Source of the DNA: Epithemia pelagica
Lineage: Eukaryota; Protista; Bacillariophyta
Assembly (NCBI GenBank): GCA_946965045.2
Contig: OX337229.1
Location: forward strand, 5,084,001 to 5,148,000
DNA length: 64,000 bases
Reading direction: 5' to 3'
Made by a program: the position numbers and the translations under genes. The notes under the pieces were generated by a model, which was given only the letters and a program-made list of their open reading frames with translations, searched no databases and was not told where the DNA came from. Below, one piece after another: positions 31,107 through 42,944 of this stretch. How positions within the stretch are numbered: position 1 is the first letter of the stretch; each line of letters opens with the position of its first letter.

Positions 31107-34100
31107 ATGTCGTCGTCATCATCTTCCACCATGATTACACCACCCCGAAATTCATCGTCGTCTCGATCCACACCGTCGGCTCCTCGGAAACGATCCCTAA
31201 TACCATCGTTTCGCAAAAGCACCAAGAACCAGTCGACCCTGGCCTCTCCAACGACACCTACGGGTAGTCGACGTGGCTTGTCATCGTCGTTGCGACGATT
31301 GCCCGCATCGCTCAGTGAGAGCACGGCAGCCTTGTTTGTGCATCCACCGGATGTGGAAGAACCAGAGGGCGAATGGAAGAAACAAGAGATGCATTCAACA
31401 GAAGAACAACCAGGAGACCCGTCCGGCGTGGACTCTTTGCCCTTGTCGTCATCGCCAGTTCGACGATCCATGATACCATCCTTCACCACAAGGAGTAGCA
31501 ACAACAACAATAACAAGAAAAGCGACAACGACAAGCCCCATTCGTCATCTCCCGTCAAAATGTCCACACCCACTCGACAAACGCGTCCGACTTCGGCTGG
31601 GAGGCGATTGCCAGAATCCTTAACCGCAAGTACTACCGCTTTGTTTGTCGAACCATTGGATCTGGAGGGCAACGAGCCACTGCAAAACCAAAAGGAGAAG
31701 AAGAGCTCCATGGACCCCAACAAGAGTGTCGATCCAAACCAACCACAACCGCAAACTACCAACAACAACAACCACGATCCTCCCATGTCTCCCTCCCCCT
31801 CCAGTCCTCCGGGACGGATGGTAAGGGACGAATCGTTTGGACCCATGGAGGAGGAAGGAGAAGGCAACCCTAATAATAATAGCCTCTCGGTCATGATGAT
31901 GAGTCCTCGTCCGGACGATGACACGGACGATCAAGCCAGTCGGTCCAGTGACATGAGTCTCAGCGTTCGATTTCGCATGACCGAAGAACGGTTTGACCGC
32001 CGTTTGTCGTCCTTTTATCACAAGACCAGCAATAACAGCGGGCTGGTGCCAACCAAGGATGGTTCCGCCGAACTTATGGACTCGTACTATGATGATGACG
32101 ATGACGATGATGTGGACAAGCATGATTTGGATGACCTACAGCGACAATTGGATAAAGCGGCTCAAGAATTCATGTTTTTACAAGACAAGGATGAGGAGGA
32201 ACCAGAGAAGAACAACAAGAACGAACTACCAGACGAGCAACCTGGTGTTTCGCATAGCGACGAACCAGACTCTCGCCAACCATTGCCTGAGACGACAAAC
32301 GACCCTTCATCCAAGACTGCGGTACCCTTCCCTCGCAAAGCAAGCAATGGGCGCATTCCGTCACTTACGTATTCTTCCGCATCTTCGTCATCCTTTTCCG
32401 TACCGCCTCTTTCGACCATTACTCATGTGAAACAAACCTCATCCAAGCAACTCTCTGGGCAAGTGGACAAAACCGCCGACAGTGGCAACAGCAAGGATTA
32501 TTGGGTTATTCCAGTGAAAAGTGTGGGAACAGGAGGAGACACTGGTAGTACAGGAGGGGGAGATTTGAGTTGCCACAGTGACTTTACACCCGAAGAATTG
32601 GATGAAACCAACGTCCTGGAGCTTGAGCTCATGGAAGATGAAGACGATGAACCTGTCGAATTGAGAGACGATCAAAGCATTGACATGTTACGACCACCCA
32701 GCACGACGCCCAGCGATATTACCAATGATAACAGCGTTCCTCATTTGGTCGAGTTGGGATGGGTCTCCAAGGACAATCTTGATACCAATGACAACAGCGT
32801 TCCTCATTTGGCCGAATTGGGATGGGTCTCCATGGACAATCTTGATGGTTCCAGTTCACATGTTCCGGAGGAACCCACAACAACGACCACTACACCGGAC
32901 ATGGAGAAGAATGCACCGCGCCGAGATGACGATCCATCCGAAACGGAACCATTCTCAATGTCCAAGTTGGCAGCTCACAGCAAAAAGGAACGACATCCAA
33001 CTTGGTTCACTCGTTTGCCAACGAGTGACACGACAGCACCAAGTACAGATATTCAATCCTCCGCTCAAAAACCATCCAATTCCATGCAGTCGCCGGACAA
33101 CTTAGAGTCAGTAACGCAATCTCCACAAGATGCCGTCAATGAGCTGTCCACACAAGGTACGAACCGTTGATGACTGGTCTATTTACACCCATTGATTCGT
33201 TGCTAACAAATGCTTCTTTCTTTGCTTGAGTCAGCCAAACAAGAGACAGACAGCCTTACTCAAACACCAGTAAACGAAAAGCCAATTAATGCAGTTTCGG
33301 CCAAGAGCATTGGGTCGCTTTCCTTGGATGAAAATTCAAACGATACCGACGACAAAGGTGAACAAGAGTGCAACAAGGCAGTCTCTGCCAAAAGCATTGG
33401 GTCACTCTCCATGGACGATGTGCAAGAAAATGAGCAACATGAAGCGGAAGGAAGTCTGGAGGAGTGCACGACGACGGCTGTTGCGGCCAGGAGCATGGGT
33501 GCCTTGTCCATGGATGACATGGATACGTCCGAGGAGGAAGATGAAGAAGATGCTGAAGAGGAGGCTTCGGAGGAAGCAGCTTCTTCAGAATCTGAGCCAC
33601 CCCCTCGAACAAAACCTGTGCGTCGGTACTCTGGTAATATCCCAACCATGGAAACTATTCTTGAAAGCGACGATGGGGAACCCAGCCATGAAAGTAGCAG
33701 CAGCGACTCCGATTCTGATTCCACCAGTGGGAAACAGGATAAACGGCCCTCTTCTGAAACCCCTTCTTCGAGTAGCGCTACATTGGAATCATCGTTGTTC
33801 TCATTGGAGCGATCGATGCGTTGGAACGGTATTGAAGATTGCGGTGATTTCATCGACCTCGAAGGACCGTCGAAGAAATCGAACCGCAGTATCTGGTTTA
33901 TGGCAGGCCTTATTTTGGCCATGTCGGTACTAGCCGTCATTGTTCCTGTCGCGCATTATTACTTGCAGCCAGCACCGTATCGGAAACGGTTCAAACGCAA
34001 TAGCCGTATGCTCGTCGTAGACCATGGTCCGACGGCATCGCGTCCGCAACAGCAACAAGCAGAGCAGTTGGAAACCAGCAAAGCAAAGCCCGCATCCGCA

Positions 34101-34364
34101 AGCGCATCTTCAACATCATCGACCGCTCCTGCGGATTGTACAGATGAGCAAGTGTCAAGCGACAGGGTGCAGAAGGAAACTCAATACCACACAGAGCAAG
34201 AAGAACCAGAAACAAAGACATCAAGTCCATTGATGTCAAAGGTGCCCGTCAATGATTTCGAGACAAAAGATAGCGAAACCGAAGTTTCGGAAGAAGAGAG
34301 GCCTCATCGGCGTTGGACGTGCCAAGTTTTGGGACGACATCGTTGCCCTTCGTGGGGAAAGTAG
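31107..34364 (+). CDS. Large acidic, Ser-rich single-pass membrane protein (cluster member A1), 2 exons, ~1059 aa
   Basis: Exons 31107-33156 and 33235-34364 (GTACGA..CAG, branch CTAAC). TM segment IWFMAGLILAMSVLAVIVPVAHYYL, then RFKRNSRMLVVD and C-terminal RRWTCQVLGRHRCPSWGK*. Confidence 0.85.
32721..32846 (+). repeat. Intragenic 63-bp (21-aa) tandem duplication in A1
   Basis: TNDNSVPHLVELGWVSKDNLD followed by TNDNSVPHLAELGWVSMDNLD. Confidence 0.93.
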
Positions 34365-35560
34365 ACAATTGCAACCCTGCGCATGGTACGATAATCATTG
34401 TACGGAAACGCACTACATACATGATTGAGTGCATATTCATTCATCCTGCCCATCGGTATGTCCGCTTACAAGAGCACCTTCATGGGACAAGCATAACAGA
34501 AACGTCATTTCACATAGAATTGGAAACAAGGAACTCAAAACGATTCAATTGTGCAATCACTCAAGCCACAATATGTACGACATGCAATATATACAAGGAG
34601 GACCGTTGGTTGCAATCTCCACAAGTGGAGAGGGATCGTGATCCAATGTTGGGAAATGGGCCTTTATACGGACAATGCCCACGCGTTTGTGGGTTGTGTG
34701 GAAAGAAACGCTTCGAAAGCCGAAAGATCCTAACCTTGTTGCGAGTGAAAACCAAGTAGTATCGATATGAATCTACATACTTAGAAGGATTTTCTTTCAA
34801 GTTGACCAAGGGGTACCGTCACTTCAAGTAGTACCTTTTGTTGAGCCAAAAATCTGGACAACCATTTCATCCTCGGGGTTCGCAGACAGAACGCGCCATC
34901 GTTGACCGATCGCTCAGCTCTGTCATTCTTGAGAAAATGAGTAGGCATGAACGTTTCGTCGTTCTATTGAGGGGAGGCGTCCTGGGCCTTCCTGAGTGTC
35001 TACCAAGGACTCAAAGAAGCGACTGTCGTGCATGGATGATGGAGGGGACTGCAACGACAGCTACAGCCGGACGTCGCTGACTCCTAACGTACCTTGTGCT
35101 CAGGCCACGAGCGAATGACAAACCGTGAATACACACAATCAAACGAACAACAAGTACACGGATCAAATTATTGATCTATTGATGGGTTCTGTGTGAGGCA
35201 GGAAAGGTCCTACCTAGCTAGGACAATGTCCGAAGTCCCGATCGAAATGCGAGCGGGCCGTATCTCCTTGGACTGACCACAAGTTACACACCTGTACCGT
35301 ATTGAAGTATATAAGACTGCGGGCAGTGAAAGTGAAAATGAAATGGCCTTGGGCTTGGCCCCAGCCCAGTCGCGTGGTGTCATCCTATTCATGGGTCCCC
35401 TTATTCATGGGTCGAGTAAAACCATGAGCTCTCATCCGACACAACCGGGTTCAAGGCAAGTATATCTCAGTTCTATTCTCATAATAATGATCCAAAAGCT
35501 TTCCTGGTCTTCAAAATTCGGTTTCGTATCCGCCATTGATATACTATCACCATCACGACT

Positions 35561-36961
35561 ATGATTTGCCAACCGAGTAATTCCAGGTTTGCTGCCAACC
35601 GATGTCGTTCGACCAGTATGTCGACAACTGCAACATCAAAAGGAGACTTTCCTACTTTGCAAGAGGAAGAAGAAGAAGAAGAACAAATCTCTTTTCCTCA
35701 TAAGAAAACGTCAACACCTGCGAGCGTGCGCCCATGCTTTCGGATTGGAGCGCTGTTTCAACTGGATCCACGAAGACGGAACAAGTCTTTGCCGTCGTTT
35801 CATCGTTCAGCTCCCATTGTTGTCACCCTTCGATACTATCACAATGGCGATAAAGATGATCGTGGCAGTACCCTTACCGCTCCGCGACATTCAAGAACAT
35901 CGATACATTCCGACACAACGGAGCTTCCTTCCAGTGAGAATGTTGGTAAAGGCTGGACTGTGAAAGAGCAAACCATGTTGGTTCGATTGGATGATCGCGC
36001 AGCCATGCTTTATCAACGCGTGGTGCAAGCGCTACATTTCGAGTCCGTCCAAGAGTTCGACTTGATACGATTCGTGCCACGTCCAGCCGAGTCCGAACCA
36101 ATGCAAAGAAAGGAGCAACCACAAGACTTGGTACAAAACGAGAAACGTCAAGCAACAACGACAATATGTCATCAAGCAGAGCAAAACAACCATTTGAACG
36201 AGACCACCGACCTGGAATGTATAGCATCCACCTCAGCGTTGGTCGCGATACCTCGTACGCGACGTATCCGGCTCAACAAGGTTTTTCAGCCAGTGGCGGA
36301 ACAGCAACAGCAACACCCGTCTCGATCGTCGCAAGGGTCCGCTTCTTCCGCATCATCACTGTGGTCATGGTATACTTACTCTCTTGTTGAAAATACCAAC
36401 AGCAGTGACAGTCTCTCCTCTGTGAATCACAGGAATTCCTTTGTCGTGTTGGTCGTTCAGCGATCTCCTTCAAGGAAAACCAACCATGCGTCCACGGCCG
36501 GTCCTGGTCCTCTACCAACCCAAACACCGCCCAGCAAAAGCGTTTATATGACAACCTCCGAGCCGACAGAGAGTTGTGATTGTGCTTCTTCCATTAGCAT
36601 TGCTGCCACGGCAGGAGATGCGCGCTCCAGAAAAGGATCAATAGAAACAAATTGTGTATGCAGCGGCAGTGAAGACGCACAAGAACAACGGGGGCAAGGG
36701 AATGAACGGCAACAACCACGGGCTTCCTGTTGCATGTTGCATAGTTCTGCTGAAAAAGCAAGGTACCTAGCTGCAACGAGCACGAATGGAAACGAAATCA
36801 ACGGTTCATCGTTCATCACGAACATTCCGATACACATTGAATTCCGAAGGAAAGATGCATCTCCTTTCAACAAGAACTCACAGATTTCTTCGTGTAGTCA
36901 ACCTCAGGGTCCGAGTGTGTCTTGTCATCTTCTCGGCGACAAGATCCCAGAAGATGAATGA
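35561..36961 (+). CDS. Hypothetical protein (466 aa; start may be ~35618)
   Basis: Long clean ORF, mostly low complexity with one ordered-looking segment (IVVTLRYY..MLVRLDDRAAMLYQRVVQALHF..FDLIRF). No family recognised. Confidence 0.6.
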   Translation: MICQPSNSRFAANRCRSTSMSTTATSKGDFPTLQEEEEEEEQISFPHKKTSTPASVRPCFRIGALFQLDPRRRNKSLPSFHRSAPIVVTLRYYHNGDKDDRGSTLTAPRHSRTSIHSDTTELPSSENVGKGWTVKEQTMLVRLDDRAAMLYQRVVQALHFESVQEFDLIRFVPRPAESEPMQRKEQPQDLVQNEKRQATTTICHQAEQNNHLNETTDLECIASTSALVAIPRTRRIRLNKVFQPVAEQQQQHPSRSSQGSASSASSLWSWYTYSLVENTNSSDSLSSVNHRNSFVVLVVQRSPSRKTNHASTAGPGPLPTQTPPSKSVYMTTSEPTESCDCASSISIAATAGDARSRKGSIETNCVCSGSEDAQEQRGQGNERQQPRASCCMLHSSAEKARYLAATSTNGNEINGSSFITNIPIHIEFRRKDASPFNKNSQISSCSQPQGPSVSCHLLGDKIPEDE

Positions 36962-38585
36962 CGGACTTCACTGTCTAAGTAGAGTGTATGACCGGAAAAG
37001 TCTTTGGACAAAATCTTGGGGGTTGGCTGTATATATCATCAATCTGCAGTCACATTGAGCCAAAGACTCGTTATTCCCCACATGTTGGAGACAGCCAGTT
37101 GCCAGACGCTGCTATGTGAGCGACAAGGCAAGCAATTAGGTTCGACTATTTTGAGACACTCATATTAGGAGTATTTTGGCGCCTGCCGTCGAACGTAAAC
37201 TAGATCCTTTCCATGTCGTTTTTCTTTCCATGTAAAATCAACATTGCATGTCTGATTCTTTCTTCCCCATGTTTCTTGAAATCGTCAATGTTGTGTTGGT
37301 GTTGGCAGTAATGGGCTTCAAACTTCAAAGCGATGATCGGACAAGACACAACTATGTGCTCGTTGAGGCGCGACTGATCCTTGTTTCGTCCGCAAGGACG
37401 CACGGCGGGCCATTTAAAAGAATCGTTCCACACATATTCATGGCAAACACAACAATTTGGCAATGTTACTTGGTCAGCATCCAGCATAAGGATCGTCCTG
37501 TACAAGGTTTGCAGTAAAAATACTCTGGAGTTTCCCATGTGTGGTTCGAGGGGACACATAGACATATTGATGAGCAAAAGGACAGCCACAGCGTATGACT
37601 TGCGACGAGAATCCAAAGTCAGATAGATGTGATCCACTGAAGCTTTCCCAAGTAGCAATGAATTGCAACAGGTGGTGTCAACACCTTTCCGAGAGACTGT
37701 GATATCAATATACAGTGACCACAAGTCTTTTGAATATGGCCATTGGAAGCGGGAACTCTATCGGTGGACGCTTCTGCGGCCTGAAATATGAGGCTGAGAC
37801 GTCATGGAATATATTTTCTCAGGGATCTGGCACAGTGACACTAACAGGTTCATCTTTGTAGGATTTTCTGTTCGCTAGCATTATCACAAACGATTCAGTC
37901 GCAAAATCTACGTCAGTCGGTCATTGTTTCGGACGAAAACTACCACCTCAAACACTTCGTATTACCCGCCATCATGACGAAAAATGATTTGTGGCACAAT
38001 AGCCTATCTTGTCGAAAGCACAAGCTTTTCCTTCCGCTTAGTCCAACAGGAGTTTAGAGTTGTTCAATGTCTTCGCATTCATGGACGAAGAATTACAAGA
38101 ATTTTTACGCGACCCATTGGCGTTTCAAGATGTGACATCATTGGCGTGAGATGCGACGTCATGTAGCAAAGTCAGTCGCACGAAGGAAGAGGAAAAAACT
38201 TGGGAAACGTTTGCTGTCTGCTTGAACGTCGCATCGGAGACGATGATATCGCCTTCTTCAGATTCGTCGAAGCACTGAGTCAGTGAAGTACTGATTGGAC
38301 TATTGGTAATTTGTAATGTGTTGAGGCGGAGGAGTCGCCTCTCGAAGTCGAAGAGCAAGAAGGTTGCGACAGGAAATCGGAAGCACATGAAGACATGGAT
38401 GCATCTGACGGCCCTCATTTTCAATGCGTGGCGGCGGCAACAACTCCGCACGTAAATCGAATCTACTTTCTCTCCTCGTGTTGACAAACATGACAAATCC
38501 ACTTTGCATTCATTTCAAACCGAGAATAATAATTATTGTTCTGGGACGCACCTTATTTTGAAAACGGAGTAGAACCCAAGTAACA

Positions 38586-39239
38586 ATGGCAATGGCAGTT
38601 GCCTCGTGCGCCAAAGCAACGACGTCTAGTGCAGATTTCATTGCTACTCCATCCGAGTTGGCCGAGTTAGATTGGACGGATGAATTCACTCAAGCCCTTT
38701 CGCATGATTTGTTGTCATGGTGGTTGACCTCGTCTGTACTTTCCCAGCACAAGCCAAAATCGAAACTACCCAACCACGATAGCAACTGTAACAACAAGAA
38801 TGGTGAAACTTTCACACGGCCCGCCTCTTCGACAGCTGCAACCACATTGGTCAGTCGTCGTGCTTCGTTGCGCTATGTGGGATTTGGACAGTGGACTCAA
38901 GTGCTGAGCGTTTCTCCCCGACCATCCCTCTTGTCCACCTACTTTGTGGCAATTCTTCCCCCTTCCTCCCCCAATTCACGGAAGCAGCGGATCGTACCAA
39001 GATTGCCAGTCACATCTTCGAGTTCCACAAGGCGTCCACCGACTCAAGTTGTGGTGGTACGCAAGCGTCAAACGATGGCCTCTGCAAGGCGTCCACCGAC
39101 TCAAGTTGTGGTTGTTCACAAGCGCCAAACCACAGCACCAGTTCAACCACATCAACCAAAACCAAAAATGGCTGCTGATACTGATTTTCAAGAATTAGAC
39201 TCTCTCGTTTGGTTGGATGCCGGTAACCACGAGGACAAG

Positions 39240-39272
<33 letters not shown>

Positions 39273-39701
39273 CCAGCAAACCAAGATGAAGACGAAGCTG
39301 TTGTACAACAAATGCTGCAACAATGGGAACACGAACTTGGAGTAATGGTAACAAAGGAAAGTAAACAGCAGTGCTCTAAGACCGTCAAGAAATCCTCGAG
39401 GCAAGACAGTCAGTTTTATCATCCTCCAACCCACCTTCATCATCAACACAACAGCCAGGGGTCAATTTTGTGGATATTTCTCTTTTGGATGTGGATTGTT
39501 TCCATGACTCTCACTGGCTGGTTTGAAATGGATGATCACTCTGTTTCTTCTTCATCGTCGTCTGCTTCACCAGGAAGGACAACAACCACTACTCGGTCCA
39601 GGTCCCATCACCACCACCACCACCACAATTCCAAAGATGTGCCGGAACGATTCAAGCGTAACAGTCGCATGCTGGTGGTGGATCCCAAAGCGAGCCGGTA
39701 G
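38586..39701 (+). CDS. Single-pass membrane protein (cluster member A2), 371 aa
   Basis: TM segment SILWIFLFWMWIVSMTLTGWFEM, His run, RFKRNSRMLVVD close to the C-terminus, and an internal 20-aa repeat RRPPTQVVVV(R/H)KRQT x2. Confidence 0.8.
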
Positions 39702-40497
39702 CCCCATGCAGACGGAACGGCGTGGCACAACTGGGGAATTCACATGGACGTTTCCAGGGTGCTACCATTCCCGCTTCTTCATGTTGATTGATTCCTTGCA
39801 ATCCCGTACACCTGTTGCTGGCTCGACAGCAGGATTTCCGGTACTTGTCCCAATAAAAGGGAGCCTCGAGTGGTCTTTCCCGTTATGTTCAAAGCATGAC
39901 TTGGTCCTCAAGTGTCATTTTCACACGGACTTGCATTGAATTTAGTTTGATGGCATTCCCCCTACGGAAACCTCTTGTTCAGAACAAGAAGCGATCACAC
40001 GCAAAGCACTTGCCATTCCTAGGTTGGAATCAACGAGACACATCCGACCTCATCTCCCATCGCTCCGATAGAAGCTAGGTACTCCTAGAAAGAATCACAA
40101 AAGTTAGGTGAAAGATAGACATGAGTTTCTTGTTTCTTCTCTCTCTTCCCAAAAGACATTCTAGATTGCCTGTCATGGTGTACCCGTCGTTGGAAAACGT
40201 GTGATTGTGTGCAGCGATGTGACTGCTTTGAAAATGGCTGGTAGAGCAAAGTCAACAATGAGACGCAATCTCGTCGCAGAATATCAACCGGTAGTTACCT
40301 TTGCACTAATCAATAGGGTAATCCTAGTTCATTAGAGTTAACTTTTCTTTTCTAAAATACATTTCTAAAAATTGTGCACTTTTTGACATTTGCTTCTCTA
40401 AGATACCTGGGATCGTTCCTCCTCCGTCGGTTCAACACAACGAGTGTCAATGCCAAGGCCTCTTCTCTTTCAATTTCAGTGGGGCGTAACAATGCAT

Positions 40498-41730
40498 CTA
40501 GTTCACCCTGTCTCGCCCTCCCCAAGAAGGACACCTGTGGCGACCGAGAACTTTGCACGTCCAACGTCTCTGAGGACCCGTTTCGATGCTGCTCTCGAGA
40601 ATTCCAACTTGAACTACCTCCTCTTCATCAGTAGTCAAATCATGATCTTCGAGCTCTTCCTCTTGTTCTTCAACGTTTGGTCCTTGATTGCGTCTATCTA
40701 CAACCAACATGCGACTGTTTCTCTTGAATCGTTTGTGTTCGACTGGCACTGGTTCTGGTGCTGTGGTGGTGGCTTGCGGCATGTCGACCTCGTCAACGTC
40801 TTCTTCCATGTTCATCTCTTGCACATCCACGGCAAGAACCGTCTCGGTTTGTACGACCTGTACAGTCTTGTGATCTTCTTCTTCATGGACCAAAACTCCA
40901 CCAAGCCCAGACACAGCCAAAGCAGAAGTAAGAATTGCAACAAGGAAAGTTACGACCATCAAGTACCAGACCATTGATCTGGACTTTCTTTCAATCTTGT
41001 CGGTACTCCTTGCCATACCCACATCCTTCATTGTGATTTCTTCATCTTGTTCGAAAGCAACGGAATCCACATCACCTAGATGTGGAGTGACTTGAAAGAC
41101 ATCTTCGGACAGTTCGAACTTGATGAGGACTTCCGCAGGGACACAACTGCTCTCACTTTGTTCTGTTGTCTTGGAGGTGTTCATTGTCTCTTGTGATTGC
41201 AAGTACTCCTCCTTGTTCGGTTCTTCATCTTTTTCACCGTACGTAACAAGAGAGGTTGTACTACTGCACACTGTTGTTGTCTCATCCATCTCTTGCATCT
41301 CTTGTTGCTTCACTGTTTCCCCTTCTCCTGGGATGTCGATGTGATCTACAGGGGTACTAACAGTAAAATCTTGTGATGCTTGTTCCAACTCTCGTCTTAG
41401 GTCCAAGAGGTAGTTCTCCTGATGCTTGGCAGAGTCATCATCCTCAGATCGGAATGAAAAGTCATCTTCACTGCTAGAAGCGCTCAAGCTGGTCATGTTA
41501 GTGGGGCTTGGAGGTGACCCTAACCCTTGGTAAAACGACGTGAGGTGTTGATCGATTCTCCTCTCCGTCAAACGAAACCGGCCTCGCAGACTCAGTTGTT
41601 CTTCTTGATCACTTGTCGTGCTGGTTCGAGTCGTTTGGCTAAGTTCGTCTTCTTGTGGCTTCATGGGGGCAGACGATCGGAGGTCCGTCGTGGTGTCCGT
41701 TTCCATTTGATGGTTTAGTTCGAGTTTCAT
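40498..41730 (-). CDS. Acidic single-pass membrane protein (cluster member A3), 410 aa
   Basis: Shares with A1 RFRLTERRIDQHLTSFY, LDLRRELEQASQDF, a TM segment, RFKRNSRMLVVD and RRWTCKVLGRHRCPSWG. Confidence 0.87.
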   Translation of the reverse strand: MKLELNHQMETDTTTDLRSSAPMKPQEDELSQTTRTSTTSDQEEQLSLRGRFRLTERRIDQHLTSFYQGLGSPPSPTNMTSLSASSSEDDFSFRSEDDDSAKHQENYLLDLRRELEQASQDFTVSTPVDHIDIPGEGETVKQQEMQEMDETTTVCSSTTSLVTYGEKDEEPNKEEYLQSQETMNTSKTTEQSESSCVPAEVLIKFELSEDVFQVTPHLGDVDSVAFEQDEEITMKDVGMARSTDKIERKSRSMVWYLMVVTFLVAILTSALAVSGLGGVLVHEEEDHKTVQVVQTETVLAVDVQEMNMEEDVDEVDMPQATTTAPEPVPVEHKRFKRNSRMLVVDRRNQGPNVEEQEEELEDHDLTTDEEEVVQVGILESSIETGPQRRWTCKVLGRHRCPSWGGRDRVN

Positions 41731-42020
41731 GGCTGCTTCGACTTCGAGTAACTTGTGGATGTCACAGATTTGCTTCTACAATTATTCGTCGCTGAATTTA
41801 TGATCCTTTCGTGGCATTCATCGAATTGGAAAGATGATGGAATCTCTCTGCTGGTGGCAGGTTCTGCATCAGTTTCAAATTGCAGTGGTGTCACCTCCTG
41901 CAGCCGGTCCTTTCGTTGTTTGGATGGGATGCGTTGTTTTGCTTTGCGACCCAACTGGCCTTCGATGAGGTGGTGTCTATGCGACAGCAACAGAGAACAT
42001 AATTCTGTCGCTTCTTCTCA

Positions 42021-42297
42021 TACTCTAAATCCGTCCGACCCTACTATAGATTCGGACGACAGTTCGAGATGCGTCGATCGGAATTGGTTGTCGGAGGTTT
42101 CTCCTACTCTCAATCCGTCGGTTCCTACTCTCAATCCGTCGGACCCTCCTATAGATTCGGACGACAGTTCGATATGCGTCGATCGGAATTGGTTGTCGGA
42201 GGTTTCTCCTACTCTCAATCCGTCGGAAGCAAAACCTCCCTCCTATAGATTCGGACGACAGTTCGAGATGCGTCGATCGGTATTGGTTGTCAGAGGT
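42021..42297. repeat. Degenerate ~84-bp tandem repeat (3 copies plus a 21-bp partial) upstream of A3
   Basis: Core CCTATAGATTCGGACGACAGTTCGA(G/T)ATGCGTCGATCGG recurs three times. Units start at about 42021, 42126 and 42210. Confidence 0.9.
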
Positions 42298-42677
42298 GAC
42301 GCACAGACATGAAGTACAATTGCCCTTATGGATCTCTTACGTGGTGGGTGTGGCCCGCGCTCACAAGATCGCGAAACGATCGGTGGCCTCATTTTTCTGC
42401 TTCCGAAACGATGAATCATCGCGCCTTCTTCATCGCTGGATGTTCTGGGACACCCGTCATTTTGGTTCCTCAAGGATGACTTTACCTACCCTGCTATTGG
42501 GTAGCTAGAGCTGATCGCTAATTTCGCGAGGGCTAGCTAAACTTTATGTACAGTAGGGTTCGAGATAAATAGCCGTGTTCAAGACCAAACGAGTTGTTAA
42601 TTGTTCTTCTTTTCTATGTCGCATTTGAGTCTCGTATTATGATGATCGCTAAATAATCTTTCCTGTTTGAGTCGTGT

Positions 42678-42761
42678 TGGTGTCCACTGGTTTCGACTTG
42701 GTGTCCACGGTTTCGACTTGGTGTCCACTTGTGTCCACTGGTTTCGACTTGGTGTCCGCTG
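42678..42761. repeat. Minisatellite array A, left part (units TGGTGTCCACT / TGGTTTCGACT), split by the Harbinger insertion
   Basis: ~11-bp units. The array continues at 45854-45920 after the element. Confidence 0.92.
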
Positions 42762-42944
42762 GAGAGTGGGGTAAACCTGATAATATCAGCCCCACTTCAT
42801 CATAGAAAGGCAGACCGACTATGTTAGCTATTGCTAGGTTAGTAAGACGATCAACAGAATAATAGGTAACTTAAAATATAGTGTAATCGGTCCCCACCAC
42901 CACCCGGTTTTTGCAACCGCGACACAAGAACACTTTACAGCTAT

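Noticed and set aside
37200-38509. Minus-strand ORFs of 174 and 125 aa
   Set aside because: No recognisable domain, and I could not join them by plausible splice sites. They may be decayed sequence.
39700-39800. Possible decayed Cys-peptide cassette after the A2 stop (..TWTFPGCYHSR..)
   Set aside because: Only TGGACGT matches A1/A3, which is too weak to call homology.
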